From the NCBI RefSeq assembly GCF_006345805.1, contig NC_043015.1:40238001-40302000 (forward strand): a stretch of DNA of 64,000 nucleotides, in the 5' to 3' direction. The notes under the pieces were generated by a model, which was given only the letters and a program-made list of their open reading frames with translations, did not search any database and was not told the DNA's origin. Positions 34,812-49,101 of this stretch are shown piece by piece. Each line of letters opens with the position of its first letter. Positions within the stretch are counted from its first letter, which is position 1. Source of the DNA: Octopus sinensis. Lineage: Eukaryota. The position numbers were made by a program, and so were the translations under genes.

Positions 34812-35285
34812 GGATATATATGTGTGTATGTGTATATGTATGTGTACGTATATATATGTGATATATATATATATATATATATATATAGATAGATATTGAT
34901 ATGTGTATATGTATGTGTCTACGTATATATATGTGTATATATATATATATATATATAGATAGATATAGATATGTGTATATGTATGTGTCTACGTATATAT
35001 ATGTGTATATATATATATATAGATAGATATAGATATGTGTCTATGTATGTGTCTATGTATATATGTATGTGTATATGTATGTGTCTATGTATATATGTAT
35101 GTGTATATGTATGTGTCTATGTATAAGTGTATATATATGTATGTGTACATGTATGTGTCTATGTATATATATGTATGTGTGTATGTATGTATGTATGTAT
35201 ATATGTGTGTATGTATGTATGTATATATATATGTATGTGTATATATTTGTATGTGTATATGTATGTATATGTATGTATATATATC
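34555..35285. repeat. (TA)n/(TATG)n compound microsatellite just after the stop codon
   Basis: Direct inspection. Confidence 0.95.
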
Positions 35286-36257
35286 GAATTTCATTATGGT
35301 ATCATTAAAAGAAAAAGCTAATTAAAATTTATTCCATGCAAAACATCGTTAATGATTGGGAAGAATGAAATATTAGAACAATTTTGGTCTGGAATCTCTT
35401 TTACATTACAAGTATATTAATTATACATGATATAATTATAGCAATTATAATTGCATATGTATAACATAATTAAATGCCTATGCTAATTAAAATTACATAT
35501 GCATATTATTATCAAATATATATCGATTACGATTACATATGTATATTATAATTAGTTATTTGTTTTAATTACAATTGCATATGTATATCGTAATTAACTA
35601 TAATTACAAATGGGTATCGTAACTAAATGTTTGTTAATTGCAATTACGTATGTATGTCATAATTACAAACCCAGTTATTAAAATATTTGCTGCATTTTAT
35701 GGTTATGGACAAGCCCATAGCCCTCTGTTATCATGCTTCATTATCGATGAAAACATAACCAAGCATTTCTTTTAGGGGTTGCTGACGGGTGGGTGGGGCT
35801 AAGATTACAAATGGTGTGACTACGGATAGAACAACAACAGGCCTTTGCAATCCAAACATAATTCTTGGAATTCTTTGATTAGAGGGAATTATTTTGGTCA
35901 TTGTTCAGTATAGATATAAAATAATCTACTCAAAGACGGTTTAAGTACGTTGCGGTAAGATTTATTTCTTTACGGTTTATATTATCAACGTTGGAGATCA
36001 TTTACAGAAGGGGGGGGCTATACTCACTGGTGATGGTCACGATTGTTGAAAATCATAAGCCGTTTGATGGTTGCGGTGGTTCCTGATAGAGGTGGGCTGC
36101 GTTGAAAACTTTGAATGACACTGAAGAATCTTGACAATCAAAAGAACTTAATGGAACAAATTTATGAAAAAGGACCTTAAAATAGTTTGATTCAGTGGCC
36201 CCTGCCCCTGCAAATATGGGAGGGGGTAACACATTCCTCGCACAAATAAAACAAATT

Positions 36258-36488
36258 ATATGTATGTATGTATATGTTTGTATGTATGTATGTATGTTTG
36301 TATGTATGTATATATGTATGTTTGTATGTATGTATATATGTATGTTTGTATGTATGTATATATGTATGTTTGTATGTATGTATGTGTGTATATATGTATG
36401 TATGTATGTGTATGTATGTATGTATATGTATGTATGTATATATATATATGTATGTATGTATATGTATGTATATATATGTATGTATGTG

Positions 36489-36543
<55 letters not shown>

Positions 36544-36733
36544 GTATATATATGTATGTATGCATATATATATATGTGTGTGTGTATGTATGTATGTGTA
36601 TATATGTATGTATATATATGTATGTATGCATATATATATATGTGTGTGTGTATGTATGTATGTGTATATGTATGTATATATATATATGTATGTATGTATG
36701 TATTATGTATGTATGTGTATGTATGTATGTATG

Positions 36734-36766
<33 letters not shown>

Positions 36767-37014
36767 GTGTGTATGTATATGTATGTATATATATGTATGT
36801 TTGTGTATGTATGTATGTATATATATATATGTATGTTGTGTATGTATGTATGTATGTATATATATATATGTATGTTTGTATATATATGTATGTTTGTATA
36901 TATATGTATGTATGTATGTGTATATATATGTATGTATGTTTGTATATATATGTATGTATGTATGTGTATATATATGTATGTATGTATGTATATATATATA
37001 TATGTATGTATGTG

Positions 37015-37047
<33 letters not shown>

Positions 37048-37057
37048 GTCTGTATGC

Positions 37058-37091
<34 letters not shown>

Positions 37092-37375
37092 GTCTGTATG
37101 CATATATATGTGTGTGTATGTATGTGTATATATGTATATGTATGTATGTATATATATTTTTGTATGTATGTATGTATATATATATTTGTATGTATGTATA
37201 TATATATATTTGTATGTATGTATGTATATATATATTTGTATGTGTGTATGTATATGTGTATATATATATGTATGTATGTATATATATATATATATGTATG
37301 TATATATATATATATATGTATGTATGTTGTATATATATGTATGTATGTAGTATATATATGTATGTATGTATATAT
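36258..37375. repeat. ~1.1-kb (TATG/TA)n compound microsatellite
   Basis: Direct inspection. Confidence 0.95.
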
Positions 37376-38955
37376 TTGTTGAGCTCTGTCTGTCTAGTTC
37401 TACTCTATATCAGTTATCACTGAAGACTGTGTCTTTGGATCCACTTGTATCATATTCCAGTTACCTGAACCCTACTCATTTCTTTCTTTCAAGATGTTCT
37501 AATTAATGTTTGAAATTTTTCTTCCACAACAACAAACAAAACAAACAAACAAACTTGAAAAGAAAGAGATGATTCCTCTGCTGGAATATGAAGACGATGC
37601 AAGTGAGAGGTGCAAACCGTCTTGACCAAATCATACTGTTCAATATTAGAAATTATAACCAATCAGTCAATCAATCAATCAATAACCATCAATACTTGTT
37701 GGTGATGGAATTATAAGTGTGTAGAAATCTTTTGTTTGTTACCCCTACCACCCCTCAAAATATTTGGTATTGCTAGTCTTGGAATTTCACTCTTGAAGGG
37801 GACAATGTCCAATAAAGTTAACATATCTTACATTCCTGCTTCTTTAAAAGGACAGTGACATCAGCCAAGCGCCATCCTTCTCATCCGATGGAACTTTCTC
37901 AAAGAATTCACGAGTGAAATGCTTAAGACTACAAGAACAACTTGGAATATACTCAGCTCTTTTTTTTTCTTTTTATATAATTGTGAATATATATATATAA
38001 AAATACATTTAATATAAAAAAAAATATTTTTAAAACTGGAGTTATTCTGCTCCTTTGAAGCTCCCTGTATGATATTGGCGGAAAGGAAAAATATAAAAAT
38101 TTGTTGATTTTTTTTTCTGATTTAAGGAGTGATTTTTAAGAATTTTTGATTATCGTGTTTCTTCACTAACTGTAAATAGCTACAAATAAGAGGTAGGCAG
38201 TGGCAGCATAGTGTAATTGCCAAGTGTTCCATTAGCCTTCCATGATGATCTTGGAGCTCCGTAAAGCTAACTTGCTCTGGGTGAAACCCCCTCCAATTTA
38301 CGTCCTAACTACTTAATCAAACTATTTCCTGCCCCCTTTTTTTTTTCTGATTTATTCATTGAATGACAGCCTATTTACAGGCAAGGCACTGCACCAACTC
38401 CTTGAGCCAGATACTTCACTCTGTTTGCCTCAAAATGCTTCATGCCTAATATTTGTGTGATTAATAAACAAATACCGAGTAAAAAAAAAAAGGAAAAAAC
38501 TACAAAATAAAATATTCCATTTCTACTAAAAGTGTATGGTCGACTTGCTAAATCTTCAACCCTGTTTCAATAATAATAATAATAATAAAATAATAATGAT
38601 TCTTATAATAATAATGAGGAGGATAATCCATTAATTGAGACGTATAATAAAGATAAAATTATAATAATTTCAATAATGCCAGATTACATAAAAAAAAAAA
38701 AAAGCATCTCAATTTGGCACAGAAATTCTTCCAATTTTGATCAAATATATTTTTTTACTAATTGATTTTTTTTGTTGAATTTTTTTTTTTCCTGCCAATT
38801 TTAATGTTTGTTAAAAAATTTTAAAAAATAAAACAAACTAAGTGTTTAAAGATCTGTTGGTAAATAGTGATTTTTTTTTTTGTTTTGTTTTATAAAAATC
38901 CAGAAAAAAAAAATTTACATTTTCAAATCTGGTTTAAAATGTCTTGTAAAAATTT

Positions 38956-38974
38956 AATAAAACATATAAATAAA
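38956..38974 (+). terminator. possible polyadenylation signals of the anoctamin mRNA
   Basis: Two AATAAA (38956, 38969) at the end of an AT-rich, SINE-free stretch; other AATAAA occur earlier, so this is weak. Confidence 0.2.
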
Positions 38975-40475
38975 AATATATTGTCTATGAAAAAATAATA
39001 ATAATAATGATATATAAAGTTTTACAAATTTTTTATTAAAATATAATTGTCCATTTCTCTGTGTTTTTGTTTTTTTTGTTTTATAAATTTGTTTTTTTTT
39101 ATCATACTGAATCCAGGCAGTGAACTGTGGCCATGCTGGAGCACCACCAACATTTCTTTGTGGTGTGGGTGCAGGGCACATTAAGTCTTTTATTTCCTTC
39201 AAAATACATTGCCCTTATTAGGATTAATTTTGAAAATAATTAAGAATTATTAAAATACCTTTGTAAGAAGCTTGCTTCCCAACCATAAGACTCTAGGTTC
39301 AATCCCACTGCATGGCACCTTGGGAAAGTGTCTTTTACTATAGCTTCAGGCCGACCAAAGCCTTGTGAGTGAATTTGGTAGATGGAAACTGAAGGAAGCC
39401 CATCATATATATATATATGTGTGTGTGTGTGTGTATGTATATAATTATGTGTGTGTGTGTGTTTGTCCCACCCACCATTGCTTGACAACCGATGTTGGTG
39501 TGTTTACATTCCTGTAACTTAGCAATTCAGCAAAAGAGACTGATTGTGTGTGTGTATGTGTGTGTCCCACCCACCATCGCTTGACAACCAATGTTGGTGT
39601 GTTTACATCCCCATAACTCAGCAGTTCAGCAAAGGGGGCTGATAGAATAAGTACTAGGCTTACAAACAATAAGTCCAGGGGTCAGTTTCTTCAACTAAAA
39701 ACCCTTTAAGGTGGTGCTCCAGCATGGCCACAGTCAAATGACTGAGACAAGTAAAAGAAAAGCAAAAACTGATGTGTGTGTGTCACATAAATTTTGATGG
39801 AAGATTTTAATTGAGATGACTTTGGAAACAAGAATTTCCTATCATAAAACCAGGAATGATGTCAAGTGGCACCAAAAGAGTTAAAGAATCTATATTGACC
39901 AACATGTTCAAACCAGATCCACCCATATCTGCTGAAAGTCTATATAAACTGTACTCAGGGAAGCCATCTGCAACCTATGTCGTGTACATGTTATATGATT
40001 CCTATGTTGTTGAGAGAATTTAACCCTTTCGCTACCAGAATTCTATTGAAATAAACTGCTTTTGTTTTGGTTAATCTTGAGGATAATGAAGAATTTAATA
40101 AAAAAAATAACTTTGTCTTTATTAATCTTATACGTGAAACATAAAGGCGGTGCTCCAGCATGGCCACAGTCAGATGACTGAAACAAGTAAAAGAATAAAA
40201 GGTTAACATGAAATCGTGATGGAAGGTTTTAGTTCTGGTCCCTTTAAAACAAGATTTTACCATAGAACCAGGAATGGCTAGGCTTGAAAAGGGCGCATAA
40301 ATTAAATAAATGGACAAGAAGGAATTCCTGAAACAAATCCTGTCGCATATGAATCTCCACTGTTGATGACAGCAGGTAAGCAAGAACTCAGAACAAGCTT
40401 TACACAGCATCCTTCAAGGTTTCTACCTGAATATGATTTGGCTATGTAGGTAGGTAGGTAGGTAGTATAAAAGAA

Positions 40476-40864
40476 GTGGAGGCGCAATGGCCCAGTGGTT
40501 AGGGCAGCAGACTCACAGTCATAGGATCGCGGTTTCGATTCCCAGACCAGGCGTTGTGAGTGTTTATTGAGCGAAAACACCTAAAAGCTCCACGAGGCTC
40601 CAGCAGGGGATGGTGGTGATCCCTGCTGTACTCTTTCGCCACAACTTTCTCTCACTCTTACTTCCTGTTTCTGTTGTACCTGTATTTCAAAGGGCCGGCC
40701 TTGTCACTCTCTGTGTCACGCTGAATATCCCCGAGAACTACGTTAAGGGTGCACCTGTCTGTGGAGTGCTCAGCCACTTACACGTTAATTTCACGAGCAG
40801 GCTGTTTCGTTGATTCGGATCAACTGGAACCCTAGTCGTCGTAACCGACTGAGTGCTTCCATCC
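40476..40864 (+). mobile_element. SINE family D, full length with 12-bp TSD
   Basis: TSD AGTATAAAAGAA at 40464-40475 and 40865-40876; tRNA-like head. Confidence 0.9.
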
Positions 40865-41834
40865 AGTATAAAAGAACACAAACCAGAAACTGTCATGTCT
40901 TTGAGCAAACCTTTTTGGAATTTTGAAAGAGTTTATTTCACTCCTGTTCTTACTGGTAACCATCTGGTTCCTCAGCTGCATACGAACAACCTTGCAGTTC
41001 TGCAACATCACTTTCGTTTACATACAACAAAGACCCCATCAGATGCCTTGATTTGTATATATTTCTTTATTGCCCACAAGGGGCTAAACATAGAAGGGGC
41101 AAACAAGGACAGACAAAGGGATTAAATCGATTACATCGACCCCAATGTGAAACTGGTACTTTATTTATTAACCTCGAAAGGATGAAAGGCAAAGTCAACC
41201 TCGGCGGAATTTGAACTCAGAACGTAACGACAGACAAAATACCACTAAGCATTTCGCCCGGCGCGCTAATGCTTCTGCCAGCTTGCCGCCATACCTTGAT
41301 TTGTATGTCAATTATCTGGTATTTACGCTCTGTCCACATGAATAATTACAGTTGAAGACTTACCTGTGCAGGTAAGAACCTTACTTCTCAACTATGGGAT
41401 CTGGGGGTTCAGTCCCACAGTATAGTCCTCTGTGCAAGTGTCTTCTACAATAGCTCAAGGAAGTCAAAGCTTTATCAGGATTAGCTAGATGGAAACTGAA
41501 AGAAGCCCACCATGTTTGTGTGGGTGTGTATGTGTGTGGTGTGTGTCGCCTCATCTTGACATTATGTGAAGGTTGTAAACGAGCATCCCTGTCATACAAG
41601 CAGTGTCCTTTGTTCCCTATTTTCCATGGAAACACATCCAGTTATTTCCTGGCTTGAAAACAGGTGATGGTTGGCAACAGGAAGAGCATCCGGCTGTACG
41701 AAATCCGCTGCAATAAATTCCGCCTGAGCCATGCCAGGCTGAAAAAGGGGACATTTAAAAGAAGATGAGCAAGTAAACAGCATACTCCTTGAGAAAACAG
41801 TCAAACTCCAGGTAAATCGCTACATGTGAATAAT

Positions 41835-42362
41835 GGATGGAAGCACTCCGTTGGTTATGACGACGAGGTTCCGGTTGATCCGATCAACGGAACAGCCTGC
41901 TCGTGAAATTAACATGTAAGTGGCTGAGCACTCCACAGACACGTGTACCCTTAACGTAGTTCTCGGGGATATTCAGCGTGACACAGAGAGTGACAAGGCC
42001 GGCCCTTTGAAATACAGGTACAACAGAAACAGGAAGTAAGAGTGAGAGAAAGTTGTGGTGAAAGAGTACAGCAGGGATCACCACCATCCCCTGCCGGAGC
42101 CTCGTGGAGCTTTTAGGTGTTTTCGCACAGAGTGACAAGGCCGGCCCCTTGAAATACAGGTACAACAGAAACAGGAAGTAAGAGTGAGAGAAAGTTGTGG
42201 TGAAAGAGTACAGCAGGGATCACCACCATCCCCTGCCGGAGCCTCGTGGGGCTTTAGGTGTTTTCGCTCAATAAACACTCACAACGCCCAGTCTGGGAAT
42301 CGAAACCACGATCCTACGACCGCGAGTCCGCTGCCCTAACCACTGGGCCATTGCACCTCCAC
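41835..42362 (-). mobile_element. SINE family D with 13-bp TSD and ~143-bp internal tandem duplication
   Basis: TSD ACATGTGAATAAT at 41822-41834 and 42363-42375; reverse complement of 40476-40864. Confidence 0.9.
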
Positions 42363-43989
42363 ACATGTGAATAATAAAATACTGTCTGCTACAGAGTACA
42401 TGTTAACTATATACTCCATGGATGTAAACACTAATAAAGACCCCAGCTGTTCCCTGCACCCTCCCCTTTGTGTACACAGCATCAGCTGTTCCATTGTATA
42501 AACACATCCCTGTGTACACTGTTGTACAGCAGCTGTTCCATCATGTGGACACAGCAATATATACACTGGATCACTGGATGATCTGGGTTACTTCTTGTTA
42601 GTTCTATGTGTGCACTGTCACCTTTTTAAGAGAGTCATGTGAGTAAACATGTTGTGTGAACATGTATGTATGCATATATGTATGGATACATGTACGTATA
42701 TATGTTTGTGTGTATGTATGTATGTGTATGTATGTATGTATGTATGTGTATGTATGTATGTATGTTCTCTTTTTTCTAATTATCTAAATTCTTCCTCTGA
42801 AGAAGAAGCTGGTTTCTAACAAAAATGCAAAGCCCAATTGTTAGAATGCAAATAACAAAAACAATGTCACACTTTAAACTTGAGAAAAGTCTTGCGTATT
42901 TTATTGTTCCACTTACAGCTTATATTTGTAATGTGTGAATTGGTTGATTTCTTCTTCTGAAAACCCCAGCTTTCCCAAATTGTCATTTAGGCATTTACTC
43001 ACAAAACCAAATTGTACCAGTTATTACTGGTATCTGAGACCCCCCTTTGGTCCCGACTCAGACCATGGGATTGCACCTAGAAAGTTACCCTCCCAGGCAC
43101 AAGTCTAGGCAAGGTTGTTTGTGGAAGACCAGCAGTCGCCCATGCATACGGGCCTCCCCTCTGCACGCCACCAGTGTTATCCAAGGGAAAGGCAAAGGGG
43201 CCGATACAGCTTGGCACCTGTGATGTTGCAACTCATTTCTACAGCTGAGTGAACTGGAGCAACGTGAAATAAAGTGCCTTGCTCAAGAACACAACACGCA
43301 GCCCGGTCCGGGATTCAAGCTCACAACCTCACAATCGTAAGCTCGACACTCTAACCACTGAGCCTTACTGGTATAAACCATTATTATCATCATAACTAAT
43401 TATCATTGTCATCATTTTCATGTCTCCCTCTTTTATGCTGGCCATGAGCTGGACAGCACATTTTGACACAGGGCACCCCTCCTGGTGCCAACCTTTTTGG
43501 TTACCTCCTACAACATGTAGTGGCCTAGTGGTTAGACTGTTGCACTCCTGATTCCAGGATCATGGTTTCAATTCCTGGACTGGACGATGCGTTGTGCTCC
43601 TGAGTAAAACGCCTCATTTCACAACTACTTTAAAAATAGGAGGCACTACGCAAAAAAAAGGGGGGGGGTAATTAAGAATCCCTGATGTAGAGGATTAGGG
43701 AAGAGTTTGTTGAAGAGGTGGGGAGATGGGGTAGAAACGTCATAAAAAAAGGAACTCTGTCTTTTGGTGTTTGGAATAAATGTGAAGAGGTTCTGTGAAT
43801 GACCTAGAGGGTCTGTGGAGGGTGGGGAGCTGACTAACATTATTTCATCAGATTTGGGTGGAGGGGTGTATGTGTAGGGGTTATCTCGTTTAGGGGTTAC
43901 CTTGTTATGTTGATCAATTCCCCTTTTCTCTCAACCTTTCTATTTTCTCTCTCTCTCTCTCTCTTAGTCTCACTCACCTGCTCAGACCT

Positions 43990-44030
<41 letters not shown>

Positions 44031-44189
44031 CTCTCCTCTTTCACTCTCACCCCTTCTGCTCACCTCTCTCTCTCTCACACACACACTTCCACCTGTTCTT
44101 ACTTTCCACCTCGGTTCCTCTCCACCATCTGCCACTACCTCGCTGCCGTTTTTAAGCCATAACTTTGATTCCATCCACTTAATTGATTA

Positions 44190-45760
<1,571 letters not shown>

Positions 45761-46362
45761 CACGAAGAGAGTGGCAGTCAGAGTTGTAGTCGTCAAGGTG
45801 GTAGTAGGCAGCAGTCAGTCAGTCAGTAATGATGTAGAAATGTCGTAAGAAGAACCGAGGGAGATCACTACAAAATATTATATACCACCTGATACAGCAC
45901 TGCCATTTCACTTAACTCACCCTTCTTTTCTAAAGGTATTTATTCAAACAACCGGACACCCCTTTCAAAAGGGGTCTCTCGTTGGTGGTTCCTCTCTTTT
46001 CCCTTTTTCTTTCGCTTTATTATTATATCATTCTATCATTTTAACCTGGTCTCCATCGATCCATTCATTCCTTAATTGATTGGTTATCGATAAATAGGAG
46101 AAATATGACGCTCGTTTTTTTTTCTTTTTTGCGTTGTTTTTTAAAAAGAAATGCGATATGGAGACAGGGGCAGAGTGTATAATTTAATCCTGGCTGGCTG
46201 GTTCTCTGTAATATTGAATTTATATATCAGAAAAAGAGAGATAGATAGACGAGAGTGTGTGTATATATATATATATATGAATGTGTGTATGTGCGAATGC
46301 AGTGTATACATACACGCATACATAAATAATGTGTGTATGCTCGCGCGTGTGTGTGTGTGCAT

Positions 46363-46403
<41 letters not shown>

Positions 46404-47734
46404 TTGTGTGTGTGTAAGGGCGCATTTACCTGTCTAAATGGATGGCAAAGAATTGGTTTTCGATGCTTCCACAGACAAGCACACACACATATATATACAT
46501 ACGTACATACATGCATACACACACATATACATACATTCATACACACACACATACATACATACATACATAATGCATACATACAAGACTATATATGAGAACA
46601 AGATATGAGTGAATTGTATACACACATTGTAAGCGTAGACTATTGTATTAATGCATATCCCTCTGTTTATTTGCGTGTGTGCGTGTGTGTATGTATGTGT
46701 GTCTGTGTGTGTTTACTGCTGTGTTTACAGTGGATGTTGGTATCTGCTCATCTTTTTCTGTTGTGATACTTTCCTAAGCAAAACTAAATAGACACACATT
46801 TTTCTATATGATTGCACTTGAAAACTCCACTAGAATGGACGAAAGAGCTGATATATAGTATATGTATAAAAACATGTAATATACAAATAAATATCTGTAA
46901 ATATAAAACCATCCGAATTTCTGAGTACCTCATTTCTTCTAGTATAAAATACCCATACATCATCTCCAAACCTTCTAAATATATATATATGTGTGTGTAA
47001 CTTTGGATACGTACACACACACACACACACACTCACAAGGAAACACCACAAAACAGGAAGAATTCCAATGAATTTCAAAATAAACAAGACATATTCATTT
47101 TTCTATAATCCTATCAACACCTTTAACGAATCTTCTTGTGGTACCTGCTTGTGTAGAAAATGGTCGGAAGCTAAACGAAAACCAATACACACACACACGC
47201 ACGTGTGTGTGTGCGCGCTCGTGTATAAGAATTACGTCGTGTTAGAAATTTAACCATTTCCAAAAAATGGGTTGAATTCGGTTTAATATGTATAATGTCT
47301 GTTTAAATGTGTGTGTATGTGTGTGTGTGTGTGTAAGAATTACATCGTGCTACATTGCCAAAATATACACCTTTCGTAAATTGGATTTAGTAAACTATAT
47401 ATAACATACACACACACACAACACACAATGTATTTACATTATATATTTATGTACATGTGTGTGTATACAAATATATACATATGATTCGTACGTACGTACA
47501 TGCATGCATGCATACATACATACATACATACATACATAGACACATACATATATAATATATAAATTAGAGAAAAACCACTATTATGTAATTCAAACAATGA
47601 TAGACATAAACCAAAACATAAATAAAAAATATATATATTTTTTCAAAACATTATATATTTATATTGTGAAATTTGATTTGATACTAAGTTGAATTTTTCC
47701 CTGTAAGTTTGGAGTTATACTCCCTCATATATAT

Positions 47735-47777
<43 letters not shown>

Positions 47778-48025
47778 TATACACAGTATAATATATATGA
47801 TTATATTATATATACGATATATATATATATAATCAAAATAAGCAGCAGGATATCAAGTAGTGATGCAGTACGACCGTTTCAAGCGGCGCCATTTAATTGA
47901 ACAATGCAATCATTACATCAATTTAAATGCGGTGCCATCTTCAGCTGCACAAAAGAAAGAAATAGAATTTTAACCAGACGAACGCATTAATATAATTTTT
48001 TTCAAATGTTTTTTAACAGATCAAG

Positions 48026-48064
<39 letters not shown>

Positions 48065-48692
48065 ATAGTGGGTGTTAACCTCATGAAGGAATGATTTCAT
48101 CCAAGGAAATACTGGTTCAATACCTAGTATTTTGAGGGAATCAATTTCCTTAAAATTATAAGTGTGTGTGTGTATACATATATATATATATGATATTATT
48201 AAGTAAAGAAAGTGGAGAGATATAATGGTTATAAATAAATTTTTAATTAACATTGCCTACAATCGTTTCAATTTACACTCAATACAAATTATAAAATTTT
48301 GTTAATTGATAAATTAATTTGTATCCATTAAATCTCTCCATTTTCTTACTTAATAGTATGATATATTTTTGAAGAATTATATCTTCAAAGTATAATATAT
48401 CAAAGCAGTGTATGTTGGATAAAACTATCTCTATAAGAGGTTTAAATATACAAGGAGGGGGCCACCCTCAACTACAATGCTATTGTTTATCTATTTATTT
48501 ATTTATTTTTTATCTTTTGTTAAAAGTATTTTCAAATGTTTACAAACACAGCCAGGCTGAAATAATGCATTCTTCCAGAAGTGAATAAACATTTCTGAAA
48601 TTTGAGGAGATGAGCCCCCATATATCGATTCTAATGGCGCAGGGGCCCACTTGCCATCGGGCAAGCCGGTTACCTGACCAGTCCGCCACTGC

Positions 48693-49067
48693 ATACATAC
48701 ATGCATGCATACATACATACATACATACATACATACATACATACATACATACATACATACATACATACATACATACATACATGCATACATACATACATAC
48801 ATACATGCATACATACATACATACATACATACATACATACATACATACATGCATACATGCATACATACATACATACATACATACACACATACACACATAC
48901 ATACACACATACATACATACATCCATACAAACATACATACTTACATACGTCCATACATACATACATACATGCATACATACATAAATATATACATACATAC
49001 ATACATACTTACATACGTCCATACATACACACACATACATACATACATACATACATACGCATATACA

Positions 49068-49100
<33 letters not shown>
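48693..49100. repeat. (CATA)n microsatellite (similar tracts at 52700-53100 and 60320-60880)
   Basis: Direct inspection. Confidence 0.95.

Positions 49101-49101
<1 letters not shown>

Noticed and set aside
40476-40550. tRNA-like sequences (also at ~13580, 11155, 53100)
   Set aside because: They are SINE heads continuing into SINE bodies, without a full cloverleaf; not tRNA genes.
41359-41376. Palindrome CTTACCTG-TG-CAGGTAAG giving donor-like sites on both strands
   Set aside because: Only 8 bp, at a decayed SINE head; compatible with chance.
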